Virus record (IMG/VR): IMGVR_UViG_3300009788_000005
Span: 1-64,000 of that record
Length of the DNA stretch: 64,000 bases
Source of the DNA: a virus
Reading direction: 5' to 3' (one strand)
Numbering within the stretch: position 1 is the stretch's first letter; every line of letters begins with the position of its first letter. Made by a program: the position numbers and the translations under genes. Of this stretch, positions 37,485 through 47,600 are shown piece after piece. The notes beneath the pieces were generated by a model, which was given only the letters and a program-made list of their open reading frames with translations, was not told the DNA's origin and ran no database searches.

Positions 37485-39103
37485 TATTCTGTATCTCCTT
37501 CTCCGGTATTACTGTTATTATTTTTATTCCTATCCTTTATCTCCTGCTTAACCTCATCCGTAGCAGGTCCATCACCATGCATAGCTCTTGTTTCATCTAT
37601 ACCATAAGAAGATTGTAATACCTCCTTAGGGGGAATTCTACTAAACAATCTCTTCCGGATAAATAGTACCTCGGTTATAGTAGTCTCTACCCTATTTAAC
37701 TCACTCATCCATATAGGTAATAATTCCTCAAATATCCATGATACTAAGGGATGTATTATTTCTGGATCTATTACATTATCATACCACAAATCCTCAGCCA
37801 TTGCTAAAGCATCTGCCTGACTACTCATTCCCTTAGCCGTAACCGGAGGAGATCCTATTAATCTTTCATCTATTACCCCCCATGCAGTCAGTATAGCTTT
37901 AAGTTTTCTAAGCTCCATCTCCTGCTGCATGTCACTAGTATTAGTATGAGGGATTTCAGCTATAGTTATAACATTTTCCTTAGATCTGGGATCTTTAAAT
38001 ACTACTACTATTTGATCTGCATTATCTACTCCCTGTAATTCATCCCTTATTTTTGTCTCTATCTGTGATTTCTTTTCTTCATGAGATCTCTTATCCTTAC
38101 TACTTGTATCTGCTACTTCTACTGTCACTATAAAACCCGCCATCATCCCATTCTGCATACTGCCTATATCCATAGCCCCTAAAGCATCCTCCACCATAAT
38201 AGCAGCTATAGAACTATTAGTTTCCCAGGCAGGCTCAGGGTAATAGACAGAAAATAAATTAGGCTCCCGTATAAGAAAAGAATACCTACCTAAATTATTA
38301 ATAGCCTTATCCTCCCCCTCAAAAAAACCACTCTTTTTATCCTGCTTAACTATTGTAACCTCTGTAGGATTTACTTTATCAAATGACTCATAAACCTTAA
38401 TACCTTTTAATAACGCTTTTCTAGGGGATTTCTCATTAAAGGAGGGATGCTCCCAATGAAATAATACCTTACCTATATCCTTCCCTTCTACCTCCCTCTT
38501 TCCTATTCGGGTAGAGAAATATTTACGTAAATGTATCTGAGATAAAAATTTAGTAGTAGATATCGTTTTATCCGTAACCTCTACTTTATCAATATCAATA
38601 TTTATTTTATCAGAGAATACCTTATGTACGTACGAACCTCCAAAACTTGCTATACTCTGTAATGACTCCTTAAGAAAGTTATAATTATTTACTCCAATCT
38701 TACCTAGCCAATTCAAAAATAAACTACCATCCTCCCCTCCCTCTTCTTCGACTACCGACAATCCTTTACCGTAAGCAATATTAACAGCAGTCTTATATGC
38801 TCTCTTATGTGTATGGGCTAACTTTAAAAGTCTCAATATAAAAAAAGGATATTTGTTATCGTGTCCCGATCTAATATAAGGCTCAGAACTTGTATTAGGT
38901 TTTCTATGTCTCTTATTAGGATCAGAAGAATATCTTAAATAGGATGAGGGTATATTATAATCAAACTGTAATTGGTTAGCAGAAGCATTATATTTGTAAC
39001 TATCTATTCTATATACCTTACTTTCCTCGGAGGAATATAAATTATCCATTAGCTCATTATAGCTAACATGCTTAACAGATAATTTATCTATACTATCCGG
39101 CAT
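37484..39103 (-). CDS. portal protein
   Basis: 539 aa; GHDNKYP...THKRA...AYGKG, YYPEP, NGMMAG, ILTAWGV...LIG, VIDP pattern of Bacteroidota phage portals. Confidence 0.8.
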   Translation of the reverse strand: MPDSIDKLSVKHVSYNELMDNLYSSEESKVYRIDSYKYNASANQLQFDYNIPSSYLRYSSDPNKRHRKPNTSSEPYIRSGHDNKYPFFILRLLKLAHTHKRAYKTAVNIAYGKGLSVVEEEGGEDGSLFLNWLGKIGVNNYNFLKESLQSIASFGGSYVHKVFSDKINIDIDKVEVTDKTISTTKFLSQIHLRKYFSTRIGKREVEGKDIGKVLFHWEHPSFNEKSPRKALLKGIKVYESFDKVNPTEVTIVKQDKKSGFFEGEDKAINNLGRYSFLIREPNLFSVYYPEPAWETNSSIAAIMVEDALGAMDIGSMQNGMMAGFIVTVEVADTSSKDKRSHEEKKSQIETKIRDELQGVDNADQIVVVFKDPRSKENVITIAEIPHTNTSDMQQEMELRKLKAILTAWGVIDERLIGSPPVTAKGMSSQADALAMAEDLWYDNVIDPEIIHPLVSWIFEELLPIWMSELNRVETTITEVLFIRKRLFSRIPPKEVLQSSYGIDETRAMHGDGPATDEVKQEIKDRNKNNNSNTGEGDTE

Positions 39104-39124
39104 AATATGAAGTTAAAATCTCCA

Positions 39125-39418
39125 TTAATAAACAAAAAGATCAAACGTAGAATGTACTATAGAAGCTATAGATAATTCCGCATAATACCTACCCACATCC
39201 AAAGTAAATTTTGAAGAATTACCACACTCATGCTCTAAAGTAATCTTTATAATACTGCCCCCTATACATCTGTCCCCTTGCACGGTATCTTCGTATACCT
39301 GACAGTCTTTACAACTATTCTCCCACACCGTAAGCGTATAAGACTGTAATCCTGTAGGAGGATCATTGATACCTTCTACTACTAAAACATTTACCTTATC
39401 TTGATATGCAGCAATCAT
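39125..39418 (-). CDS. hypothetical structural-module protein
   Basis: 97-aa beta-rich ORF. Confidence 0.6.
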   Translation of the reverse strand: MIAAYQDKVNVLVVEGINDPPTGLQSYTLTVWENSCKDCQVYEDTVQGDRCIGGSIIKITLEHECGNSSKFTLDVGRYYAELSIASIVHSTFDLFVY

Positions 39419-39432
39419 AACAAAATACCTCT

Positions 39433-39476
39433 AAAAAGGGTCCACCCCAACCTCCATTGGAAGCTAGGGCTTTCCC
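39433..39476 (-). terminator. terminator after the capsid/major tail genes
   Basis: GCCCTAGCTTCC/GGAGGTTGGGGT stem with G-U pairs, then CCCTTTTT. Confidence 0.5.
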
Positions 39477-39501
39477 GTCCGCTGAGGTGTAATTGAATTT
39501 C

Positions 39502-39885
39502 TTATTTTTCCGCCTTCTCCCTATTAATCTCCCTCTGTAATACAGCTATCTCCTGTATAGTCATATTCATTAACCTAGCCTCATCTGCCTTGCTTATAGT
39601 AAGGTAATTAAACAGATGAAACTTACGGGCATAATACAAAGGCATCAACATAAACTGATTATATGTTACCTCACTATTTTGCTTATTACGATCAAAAGAA
39701 TTTACTACCTTACCCTCAACTCTGGAAGTATTTACCAGTGATCCAGACCGTATAACCATAGTAGGAGTTAGGCTAGAACTAAGAGTAACCTTAGGTCTAA
39801 AAGGCTTAGGCAAAGATTCCTTCTTAGTCTTTTTAAGAGTAGGAGCTTTTTCTTCCTTAGTATTAATAACCTCTGTATCGGACAT
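39502..39885 (-). CDS. hypothetical protein
   Basis: 127-aa ORF. Confidence 0.65.
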   Translation of the reverse strand: MSDTEVINTKEEKAPTLKKTKKESLPKPFRPKVTLSSSLTPTMVIRSGSLVNTSRVEGKVVNSFDRNKQNSEVTYNQFMLMPLYYARKFHLFNYLTISKADEARLMNMTIQEIAVLQREINREKAEK

Positions 39886-39921
39886 ATATTTACAGCTTAA
39901 AGTTTAACCCTAATTACCCTA

Positions 39922-40509
39922 TTATGCAGTAACAGAATCTACCAGGATATCCGTAGTAGCCTCATCAGTATCAAATACCTCCAGAAAGATATCGGGTACA
40001 TCATCACCTGTAGCAATGAATGTAGTAGGGGTAAACTCGGTAGTACCTGTACCTCCCCTGATCTCCGTAAAATGGATATCACCCTTTCTACCTGTCATAT
40101 ACCAACGATTTGTACCCTTCTCCTTCCACAGAAATACTACTTCCTGACCTACAAAAGTCTTAACTACACAATAAAATTTTCTATCTTTAACATCAACAGA
40201 AAAATTTATTGTTTCTTCAAAAGTAGTAGTACCTGTTTCAGGGTCAAATATCAACCCCCAAATATGTTCTATACTCTTATCCTTAGTAGTAACCTTAAAG
40301 AAAAGGGGAGCAACAGGCAATACACCGTCTTGAGTTACAATATCTGTAATCTTAGCATCATTACCTCCCCCGGCTAAGCAATCATCTTCAGTAACAGTTA
40401 CGAACTTCAAACACGATACCCGTAAATCAAAAGCCCCTGCTTTTTGCGCTCCACAAGATGCAGCACTAGTAGCAATCCCATCCCTTATATCACAACATTC
40501 CTTATCCAT
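39922..40509 (-). CDS. putative major tail (tube) protein
   Basis: CDIRDG.....C.....G N-terminus and beta-rich body like the tube-type proteins that follow the MCP in Bacteroidota phages. Confidence 0.55.
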   Translation of the reverse strand: MDKECCDIRDGIATSAASCGAQKAGAFDLRVSCLKFVTVTEDDCLAGGGNDAKITDIVTQDGVLPVAPLFFKVTTKDKSIEHIWGLIFDPETGTTTFEETINFSVDVKDRKFYCVVKTFVGQEVVFLWKEKGTNRWYMTGRKGDIHFTEIRGGTGTTEFTPTTFIATGDDVPDIFLEVFDTDEATTDILVDSVTA

Positions 40510-40581
40510 GATTCAAAAATTTTAGGTGTAAAAATTTTACATCCAGGACTATAACCTTTATAGTCCTGGATGTTTTTAATA

Positions 40582-42087
40582 CTACTGAGGATCAAGAGGC
40601 TGAGCAGGCTGAAAGATAAGCCGTGCAGGAGCTGCTTCAGAAAAGGTACCAGCAACCTGATCAAGCTGACTGATCTGAAATCCCATATTAAACTTATTCT
40701 TCCACCATGCCGTCTCACACTGCTCATCAAATCCTGTCTTTATTTCTGCCACATCCTGTACAAGATCCGTACCTGCATGAAGATCCTCCGGACGCGCTAT
40801 AAGCATAAAATCGTTAGGCATATAATTCATGCGAGAAATAGGTACTCCCATCCATTCAGGACACGTAGGGTTAACATCACAAGTACCTAAGAATGCTTTT
40901 GTCTCCTCTTTCTCAGCCAAAACTAAAGCATGCCAAATATTTCTCGCCAACATCCAATTAGCTCCAAAATCAGGCTCCAATATCTCAGGCTTTTTAGATA
41001 CAATCTCCTCATACATTGCAGTCATGTAAGCAAATACATTAGCTGAATCAATAGATAATATATCTATACTTATAGGAGTATCGGCATCTACAAACTCCTG
41101 AGTAACAGCAAGAACTACAGCCACACCCGTAACAGTAATAGGAGTATTGGCTAATAGGGTCTGATCTATACATATCATAAACCCATCACAGTTAGTAATG
41201 ACTATACGTACCTGTAAATCAACCCCCTTCTGTCCTTCAATATGTAAAGTATCTCCGCCTACATTAGTAACAACAGTCCACAGATTAACCCCATTTTGAT
41301 CTACATAACCATTAGCAGCCGTAGTAAGTTCTGTAACTACATCATCTAACGTATCAGACAGAGAAGTATTAAAAGGTATAGATACTTGTTTACCTCCTAT
41401 CAACAGATCAATACATAGACCGGTAAGGTCCCCGGTAAAAAGCCAATTATATATAGGCTCCACAGCATCACCCAGAGCAGCATTAGCTATCTTAAAGTAA
41501 CCGTCCGTATGAGAATAATCCTCATTTGCTGAAGCATAATCTCCCCCAAATGCATGTCTGTCCCAAGTTATCTTAGACTCCCTCAACATCGCTATCTCTA
41601 CCTCATCAGAGATTACTATCATATCTCCCTCATCCCTCATTACTCCTCTACCTAATCCGCTTTGTCTCCAGGTCTTAATAAATTCATTTATACAAAAATC
41701 ATCATCCTGAAAAACAGTTTGTATGGTTAAGAATCTATCTACCTTAGGACCTTTAGTAGTAGTACCAGGATCAAAACCGCAATCAGTAGCCCCCTTTGAA
41801 GAGTTTACTTTAGACTTAATCTTAGACTTTATGGTTTCTCTGAACAATCTTTGCCGGGTTTGTACGTCCTCATTAAAGCTCACAAATTGACGACCATTAC
41901 CTGCAACCTCCCCTGTATCGGGAGCCTCATCCTCAAGAGGAATAGCATTCTGTAGGATCTGAGCCTTAGCAAACACCCTACGACGAATAAAAACAGAATC
42001 CTCTACCGGGTAGGTCTTTGCTTCAAACTCATACCTATCCCTGATAGTATGAGTGTGCCTGCAAGTTCCCATATCACATAAGTTCAT
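40582..42087 (-). CDS. major capsid protein
   Basis: Follows the protease; CGFDP, FGGD...DGYFK, WMGVPI...MP.DFML, LHAGTDLVQD, FNMGFQI. Confidence 0.85.
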   Translation of the reverse strand: MNLCDMGTCRHTHTIRDRYEFEAKTYPVEDSVFIRRRVFAKAQILQNAIPLEDEAPDTGEVAGNGRQFVSFNEDVQTRQRLFRETIKSKIKSKVNSSKGATDCGFDPGTTTKGPKVDRFLTIQTVFQDDDFCINEFIKTWRQSGLGRGVMRDEGDMIVISDEVEIAMLRESKITWDRHAFGGDYASANEDYSHTDGYFKIANAALGDAVEPIYNWLFTGDLTGLCIDLLIGGKQVSIPFNTSLSDTLDDVVTELTTAANGYVDQNGVNLWTVVTNVGGDTLHIEGQKGVDLQVRIVITNCDGFMICIDQTLLANTPITVTGVAVVLAVTQEFVDADTPISIDILSIDSANVFAYMTAMYEEIVSKKPEILEPDFGANWMLARNIWHALVLAEKEETKAFLGTCDVNPTCPEWMGVPISRMNYMPNDFMLIARPEDLHAGTDLVQDVAEIKTGFDEQCETAWWKNKFNMGFQISQLDQVAGTFSEAAPARLIFQPAQPLDPQ

Positions 42088-42161
42088 AACTTTATTCTTT
42101 AGAGTTAATTAAATCCGTAAAAATTTTACACACCCCAACGGACTCTAATTAACAGGATATA

Positions 42162-43676
42162 TTATACCCTCTCCAGGCTAGACCTCTTTTTACGAGTCTT
42201 AGACTTCTTATCATCATCCCCTATTTTTCCAGGATCATCAGACTCAGGATCAATAGGCTCAGCAGACTCTTCACCCGCCTTAGCAGCCAAAGCATTATAT
42301 TTACCAACCAAAGCATTATACTTAGAAGCATTAACAGTAGCCTCATCTCCCCAATTTTCCTTATCAGCCTGTAACGTATCCCGCTCATCAGTCAAAGTTA
42401 CTACCTGCTCCTCCAACCCCGTAACCTTAGTCTCCTGATCTGTTGCACTAATAGTAGCTATAGTAACTTCCTCTTCCAATGCGGTTATATTGGTATTGGC
42501 TATTTCCAAAGCCGCCTTAGCAGTTCCATTCTCCTCAATCAAGGATTCAATTTGTCCAGACTGCAACTTATTAGTTGCCTCAAGAGCAATATTATTTTTC
42601 TCCTGAGTATCCAAAGTTGACCTAAGACTATTGGCTTGATCGGCAGTTAATTCTACGGGCTCAGTAGTAGTTGCCGAATTGTTTAAATGCCCATCAAAAA
42701 TTCCCATGTTATTATTTTTTGAAGTTTTATTACTTGATTTCTTACTAGTCTTCGAATTATTATTACGTCTACGTTTTGCAGATCTTACCGCATCATGTAG
42801 AGATCCTATCTTATCTACAAGACCTAGTTTTTTAGCCTCCTTAAATAAGAATACTCTACCCGAAAATATTCTTTGCTCCTCCCGTAGCTTATCTCCTCTA
42901 CCTGTCTTAACATCACCCTGAAATATTTTAGCTATAGGATTTAACGACTTATTAATAATCTCGTTTTTCTCCTCAACAGTTATAGCCCGGGTAGGGGGAG
43001 CAGAAACTTTTTTAGTAGCGTCATCGTTTGTTAGAAATGTTATCTCTAACCCAGCATTGGCAAAAAACATTTCACCGTTAACATGCTGCATCACAACTCC
43101 AATAGATCCTACTTCAGATGTTTCTCCTGATACTATAATCTCATCGGTTTGAGATATAGCCCAAAAGGCAGCAGATGCCGCCAACCCATCTACAAAACCA
43201 ATAACTCTTTTTTTAATGTTGGCATCCTTAATAGCAGCTACTAAATCCTCAGTACCGTCTACCGTACCCCCCGGACTATCAAACACTAATACAATACCAG
43301 ATACATCATCATTATCTGCCGCTTCCCTAATAAATCTAGTAACTCTTGATACTCCCGCTGTAGCTGAGACTGCATCCATATCAGCAGCCCTTTTAAACAT
43401 TGTCCCTATAATAGAGATTACTGCTACATCCCCCTCCTTAACACTAGTCCCCATACGGAAAGTATCCGACTCATCTAAATGGCTGCTTCTCTTTTTGGTA
43501 TTATCAAACCTAGCATACTTAACCTGATTCCTTTCCTTGTTACCTGAAAATTCGCTGCTACGATTACCCCCCATTATACCCTTAATAATAGGATACAATC
43601 TTTCCACTGCTTCGGGCCTCATAGCCCAATAGTTCTGATTTAGTAAAGTACCGAAAAAGGAAACTGATTCAGACAT
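42162..43676 (-). CDS. S49 prohead protease with C-terminal scaffold-like coiled coil
   Basis: FDSPGGTVDG, GLAASAAFWAIS, VGSIGVV, GRVF...AKKLGLVD; long coiled coil. Confidence 0.92.
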   Translation of the reverse strand: MSESVSFFGTLLNQNYWAMRPEAVERLYPIIKGIMGGNRSSEFSGNKERNQVKYARFDNTKKRSSHLDESDTFRMGTSVKEGDVAVISIIGTMFKRAADMDAVSATAGVSRVTRFIREAADNDDVSGIVLVFDSPGGTVDGTEDLVAAIKDANIKKRVIGFVDGLAASAAFWAISQTDEIIVSGETSEVGSIGVVMQHVNGEMFFANAGLEITFLTNDDATKKVSAPPTRAITVEEKNEIINKSLNPIAKIFQGDVKTGRGDKLREEQRIFSGRVFLFKEAKKLGLVDKIGSLHDAVRSAKRRRNNNSKTSKKSSNKTSKNNNMGIFDGHLNNSATTTEPVELTADQANSLRSTLDTQEKNNIALEATNKLQSGQIESLIEENGTAKAALEIANTNITALEEEVTIATISATDQETKVTGLEEQVVTLTDERDTLQADKENWGDEATVNASKYNALVGKYNALAAKAGEESAEPIDPESDDPGKIGDDDKKSKTRKKRSSLERV

Positions 43677-43783
43677 AAATATTTTTATAACCGAATCAAA
43701 AATATGTAAAATTTTTACACCCTCTAAGGATTATCTGTATTTTTTACAAATTTATCCCAATTGGCTATGATTTGTAAAAAAGA

Positions 43784-44605
43784 TTACCTTATAACCATTT
43801 TCCAAACATAATCAAATTTTACCTTAACACTACCTACTGTATCCTCATATAATACATCACTACTAACATTAGAATTAAACCAATTTAACCACCCTACAAA
43901 AACTCCTAAACAATTTTCCCCCACAATATTCACCCCTTTCTTTTGTACAGACTTAGCCAAACCCTCTAACTTAATTAGCGTTAATTCTTTTCTACTACCA
44001 TATAACTTCCTAACGTTATCATAACCCGTATGATACTTAAATATCCATTTTCTTAATAATATTCTATTATCAACAGAATTATGTAACCTCCTCATTAACT
44101 TACAAAACATATCAAACGTACCCCCTCCCTCAAAAGGTACATAAAATATATCTTTATCCTCATTTTGTATTTCTACCTCTAATAATATCGTAGGTTCTAT
44201 TCTGTCATACCTATGTATATGTAAAACACATATTTTAAAATGTAACCCTCCTACTTCTAATTCTGCTACTGGAGATACTACCGGCTCATCAGGATTACTA
44301 CCATTCAATTTAGCAAATTTAAAAGCAACCTGCTCCCCGTTTCCCATCTCCTCCATATATACAGGTTTCAAAGGTCTATACTTACTACATAAACCTTTTA
44401 ATACGTTTCCTGGAGAAGCTACAGGCATTTCTTCAGAAACATTAGAATTTAATATTACAATATCTTTACTACCTTTTACTTTAGGTACCTTCAGTATCAT
44501 CGATCTACCCGTAGAAATATCAGGGTATCCTTCAACAAATAGCTTAGCCTTATGTACATCAAACTCAGATATAACTTTTGTAAATTCTTTAGACGTATTT
44601 TTCAT
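43784..44605 (-). CDS. hypothetical protein
   Basis: 273-aa ORF between TMP and protease. Confidence 0.7.
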   Translation of the reverse strand: MKNTSKEFTKVISEFDVHKAKLFVEGYPDISTGRSMILKVPKVKGSKDIVILNSNVSEEMPVASPGNVLKGLCSKYRPLKPVYMEEMGNGEQVAFKFAKLNGSNPDEPVVSPVAELEVGGLHFKICVLHIHRYDRIEPTILLEVEIQNEDKDIFYVPFEGGGTFDMFCKLMRRLHNSVDNRILLRKWIFKYHTGYDNVRKLYGSRKELTLIKLEGLAKSVQKKGVNIVGENCLGVFVGWLNWFNSNVSSDVLYEDTVGSVKVKFDYVWKMVIR

Positions 44606-44616
44606 ATTACCTCAAC

Positions 44617-47600
44617 TTAAAATTCTGATTTTCTTACTTGCCTGTCTAATTTTAATTGTTGCTTTTTCTGCTCTATAAGAGAAAGGGTTAGTTCTTGTTC
44701 ATCTATAGCAGTAATTACTTTCTCTACACTATCCTTAACCCCCTGTATATCTTGACCTAAATTATCAAATCCTCTACGTAATTCCGCAAAAGCTACAGAT
44801 GTGGATGCCTCACTTATACCTGTAGGTACTGCTCCTCCCGTTTGAAACTTATACTTAGGAGCTTTAACTGGTACTCTAGGTATATTGGCTACTACCCCTG
44901 ATCCTGAAGATTTAACCATACCAAATAAACTAGACATATCCCCATAAGGCTTACCCTGCTTTCTCCTGATTCCTTGGTGATTCATCCACGATAATAAAGG
45001 ATAAAATAATTCCGTAGACCACCTATTATTCTCATACTCTCCTCCCTCTACTTCTATAGGTATTCCTCCCCTACTATGCCTAGGTCCTACGTGCATCCCC
45101 CCATATCCTTTTCTTCGTTTAGGTGGTCTAGTAGCACTTCTAGCTGAGGTTCTACCTCTTATGGGGGTAGGTCCCCCATCAGCAAACAATAAGCCCGTAT
45201 CTCCCCCCAATTCAAAACTTGTAGCACTAGCTGTTAATGATCTAATACTAGCTATACCCGCAGCTACCGCCGCTATAATAGAAATAATAGCGGCTATATT
45301 TCCTGGGAAAGGTATCTTAGCCCCCTCTGATACAGCCTTAATATTATTACTAAGAGTGACAATATTATTTCTAATTATCTGAGCATTATCTATAACAGCT
45401 TGTATAGCCTGTATTTTCTTCTCAAAAGCTATAGCTGCTTCTCTTCTTTGCTCTGCCTTTTTTATAGCTGCTGCTACTCTCTTTTCTTCGTCTGCCCTCC
45501 TCTTATTTTCAGCCGCAACTTGAGCATTTCTCTGAGTATTTAAAGATGCTAATAAACTAGCCTCAGTTTCAGCATCTAATCCCTGCTTTAATATATTACG
45601 CTCCCTAGCTGCAAACTCCTGTTCCAACTGAGTTAACTGATTCTCATGCCCCTCTTGTCTACGGGCATCTCTTTCATTTATTAAAGCAATCTCCTCATCT
45701 ACCCCAAACTCTAATATCTCTCTAATAGATCCCGCAAAATTAACAAGACTATCTAAAGCCTGCCTTTGAAATTCTAAAGTTTTTTCAATCTCCTCCCTCT
45801 TTCTTTCCTCTTGCTTAGTAACTTCATCTATCTCACCGTCCCGTATATCTAATAATATTGCTATTCTTTCCTGCTCCAGTTTTAAAGTTTCCTCAGCACT
45901 TAACCCCACTATCTTTAACTGATCCTCTACAAACTGTAACGAAGCATCTAATCTTTTTTTATCAGCCTCTAACTCTATTTCAAATTTCTCATCCTCAATA
46001 TCCTCTATCCGATCTACAGTTAATTGCCCAGCAATATCTATAGCATTTAATTCTGCTAGTCTTGCTGCCTCTATTCCTTTAAGTCTCTCCTGCAATACTA
46101 AATCTAATGCTTCTGATTCTGCCTCTATTCTTTTTTGTGCTGCACCCCCTCTAGCTTTAACTACTCTTTCATCAAACTCAAGATTTAATTTTGAAAAAAG
46201 TAAAGCCCTTTCCTCCTCTGTAACTTGTAGTATAGTGGATTCGTCTACTCCCTGCTGTATTAAAGCTTGTCTTTCTTTCTCAAACCCTTCTAACTTAATA
46301 TTAAGTCTACCTAATGCCTGCGCTCTTAATACCTCTAATCCTTCGATAGATTTCCTTCCCCCTGCCTCCTCAACATCAGATAATTCTCTCTCTTTTGCTA
46401 TTCTCTTATTAAGAGAATCTAAAGTCTTAGCTAACTGATCTGCCTTTTTACTATCTGCCTTAGTGTTAGATACTATTCTTTTAGTATTAGTAGTTAGCAC
46501 CCCAGTCAAACTACCGTAAGTCTGATTAATCTGCTGTAATATTTCCCTACTTTTACCTACACTAGTAGTTAATAATCCTAACTCTCGTTGCTGTACTATA
46601 GTAGAGTTGGTAGTTACTCTCTGCTGTACTGCTAACTCAAAGGAAGCTTTGCCTGCACCCCCAAACTGAGTACTTACATCATCCCACTGAGATCCTAACC
46701 TCTCAGCAGTAACTTCAGCATCAAATGCCTCCCTGGATTGTGTAGATAGACTTGTAGCTAAATTTATAGAAGCTTTCTGAGAATCGCTTAATCCATTTTC
46801 AAAATCATCTACAGCACCTACATACGAATTAAGCACTCCCTGGGAAGCTGTAAAATTTTTACTAAGCTCAACATTAGCATTCTTTAATTCATTAACAGTC
46901 TTAATAGATCTATTAAGAGATTGTACAAATATATCTGTTATCTCTGTATCCTGATCTATATCACCTAATCTAGCTATCTCAGAGTTAACAGCATCTATGT
47001 CAGTTCCTATACCTAATGTTTGAGTCTCTAAAGCATCTCTTAAATCGTTAAAATTTCCAATAGTATTTTTTACCCCCTGCCCTAAAACATCATCTCCAAA
47101 AACTCCACCTAATCCTCTTACGCTAATTGTAGCACCTTTAGCAGCATCAGATACTAAGTCAGTTCTACCAGATAACTCAGCAAACCTATTTATTAAGGCA
47201 TCAATAGGATCTCTTAAACCATCTAACTCCTTAGCAGAATTCCTTAGCTGTATTCCAGATAACCCAGTAACTTCCTGTAGCTCTTTGGATACTTGGAGTT
47301 GATCCTTCAAAACATCTCCCAACTCTTCCTCTATAGCCTGCTTCTTTAACTTGGCTATTAAATTAGCTTCTATAGCCAAGTTAACCGCCAATTGGGCAGA
47401 TTCAATTTCCTTGAGATTACTTGACTCCGTTAAAAGATTAGGAAGATACTCCCCATACTGATCATTGATAGCATCAATAAGATTAGATCTCTCAGCAGAC
47501 CCCTCATTAGCATTCTTTAAAGATTCAAATAATAAATCTACCTGAGCAACTTCCGTACCTATTTGCTTTTCTGCCTCTTCCCTCCTCTTACCCAATCTAC

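Noticed and set aside
40485-40730. 81-aa minus-strand ORF
   Set aside because: Overlaps the MCP end and tail tube-like start in another frame and reads through a palindrome; probably spurious
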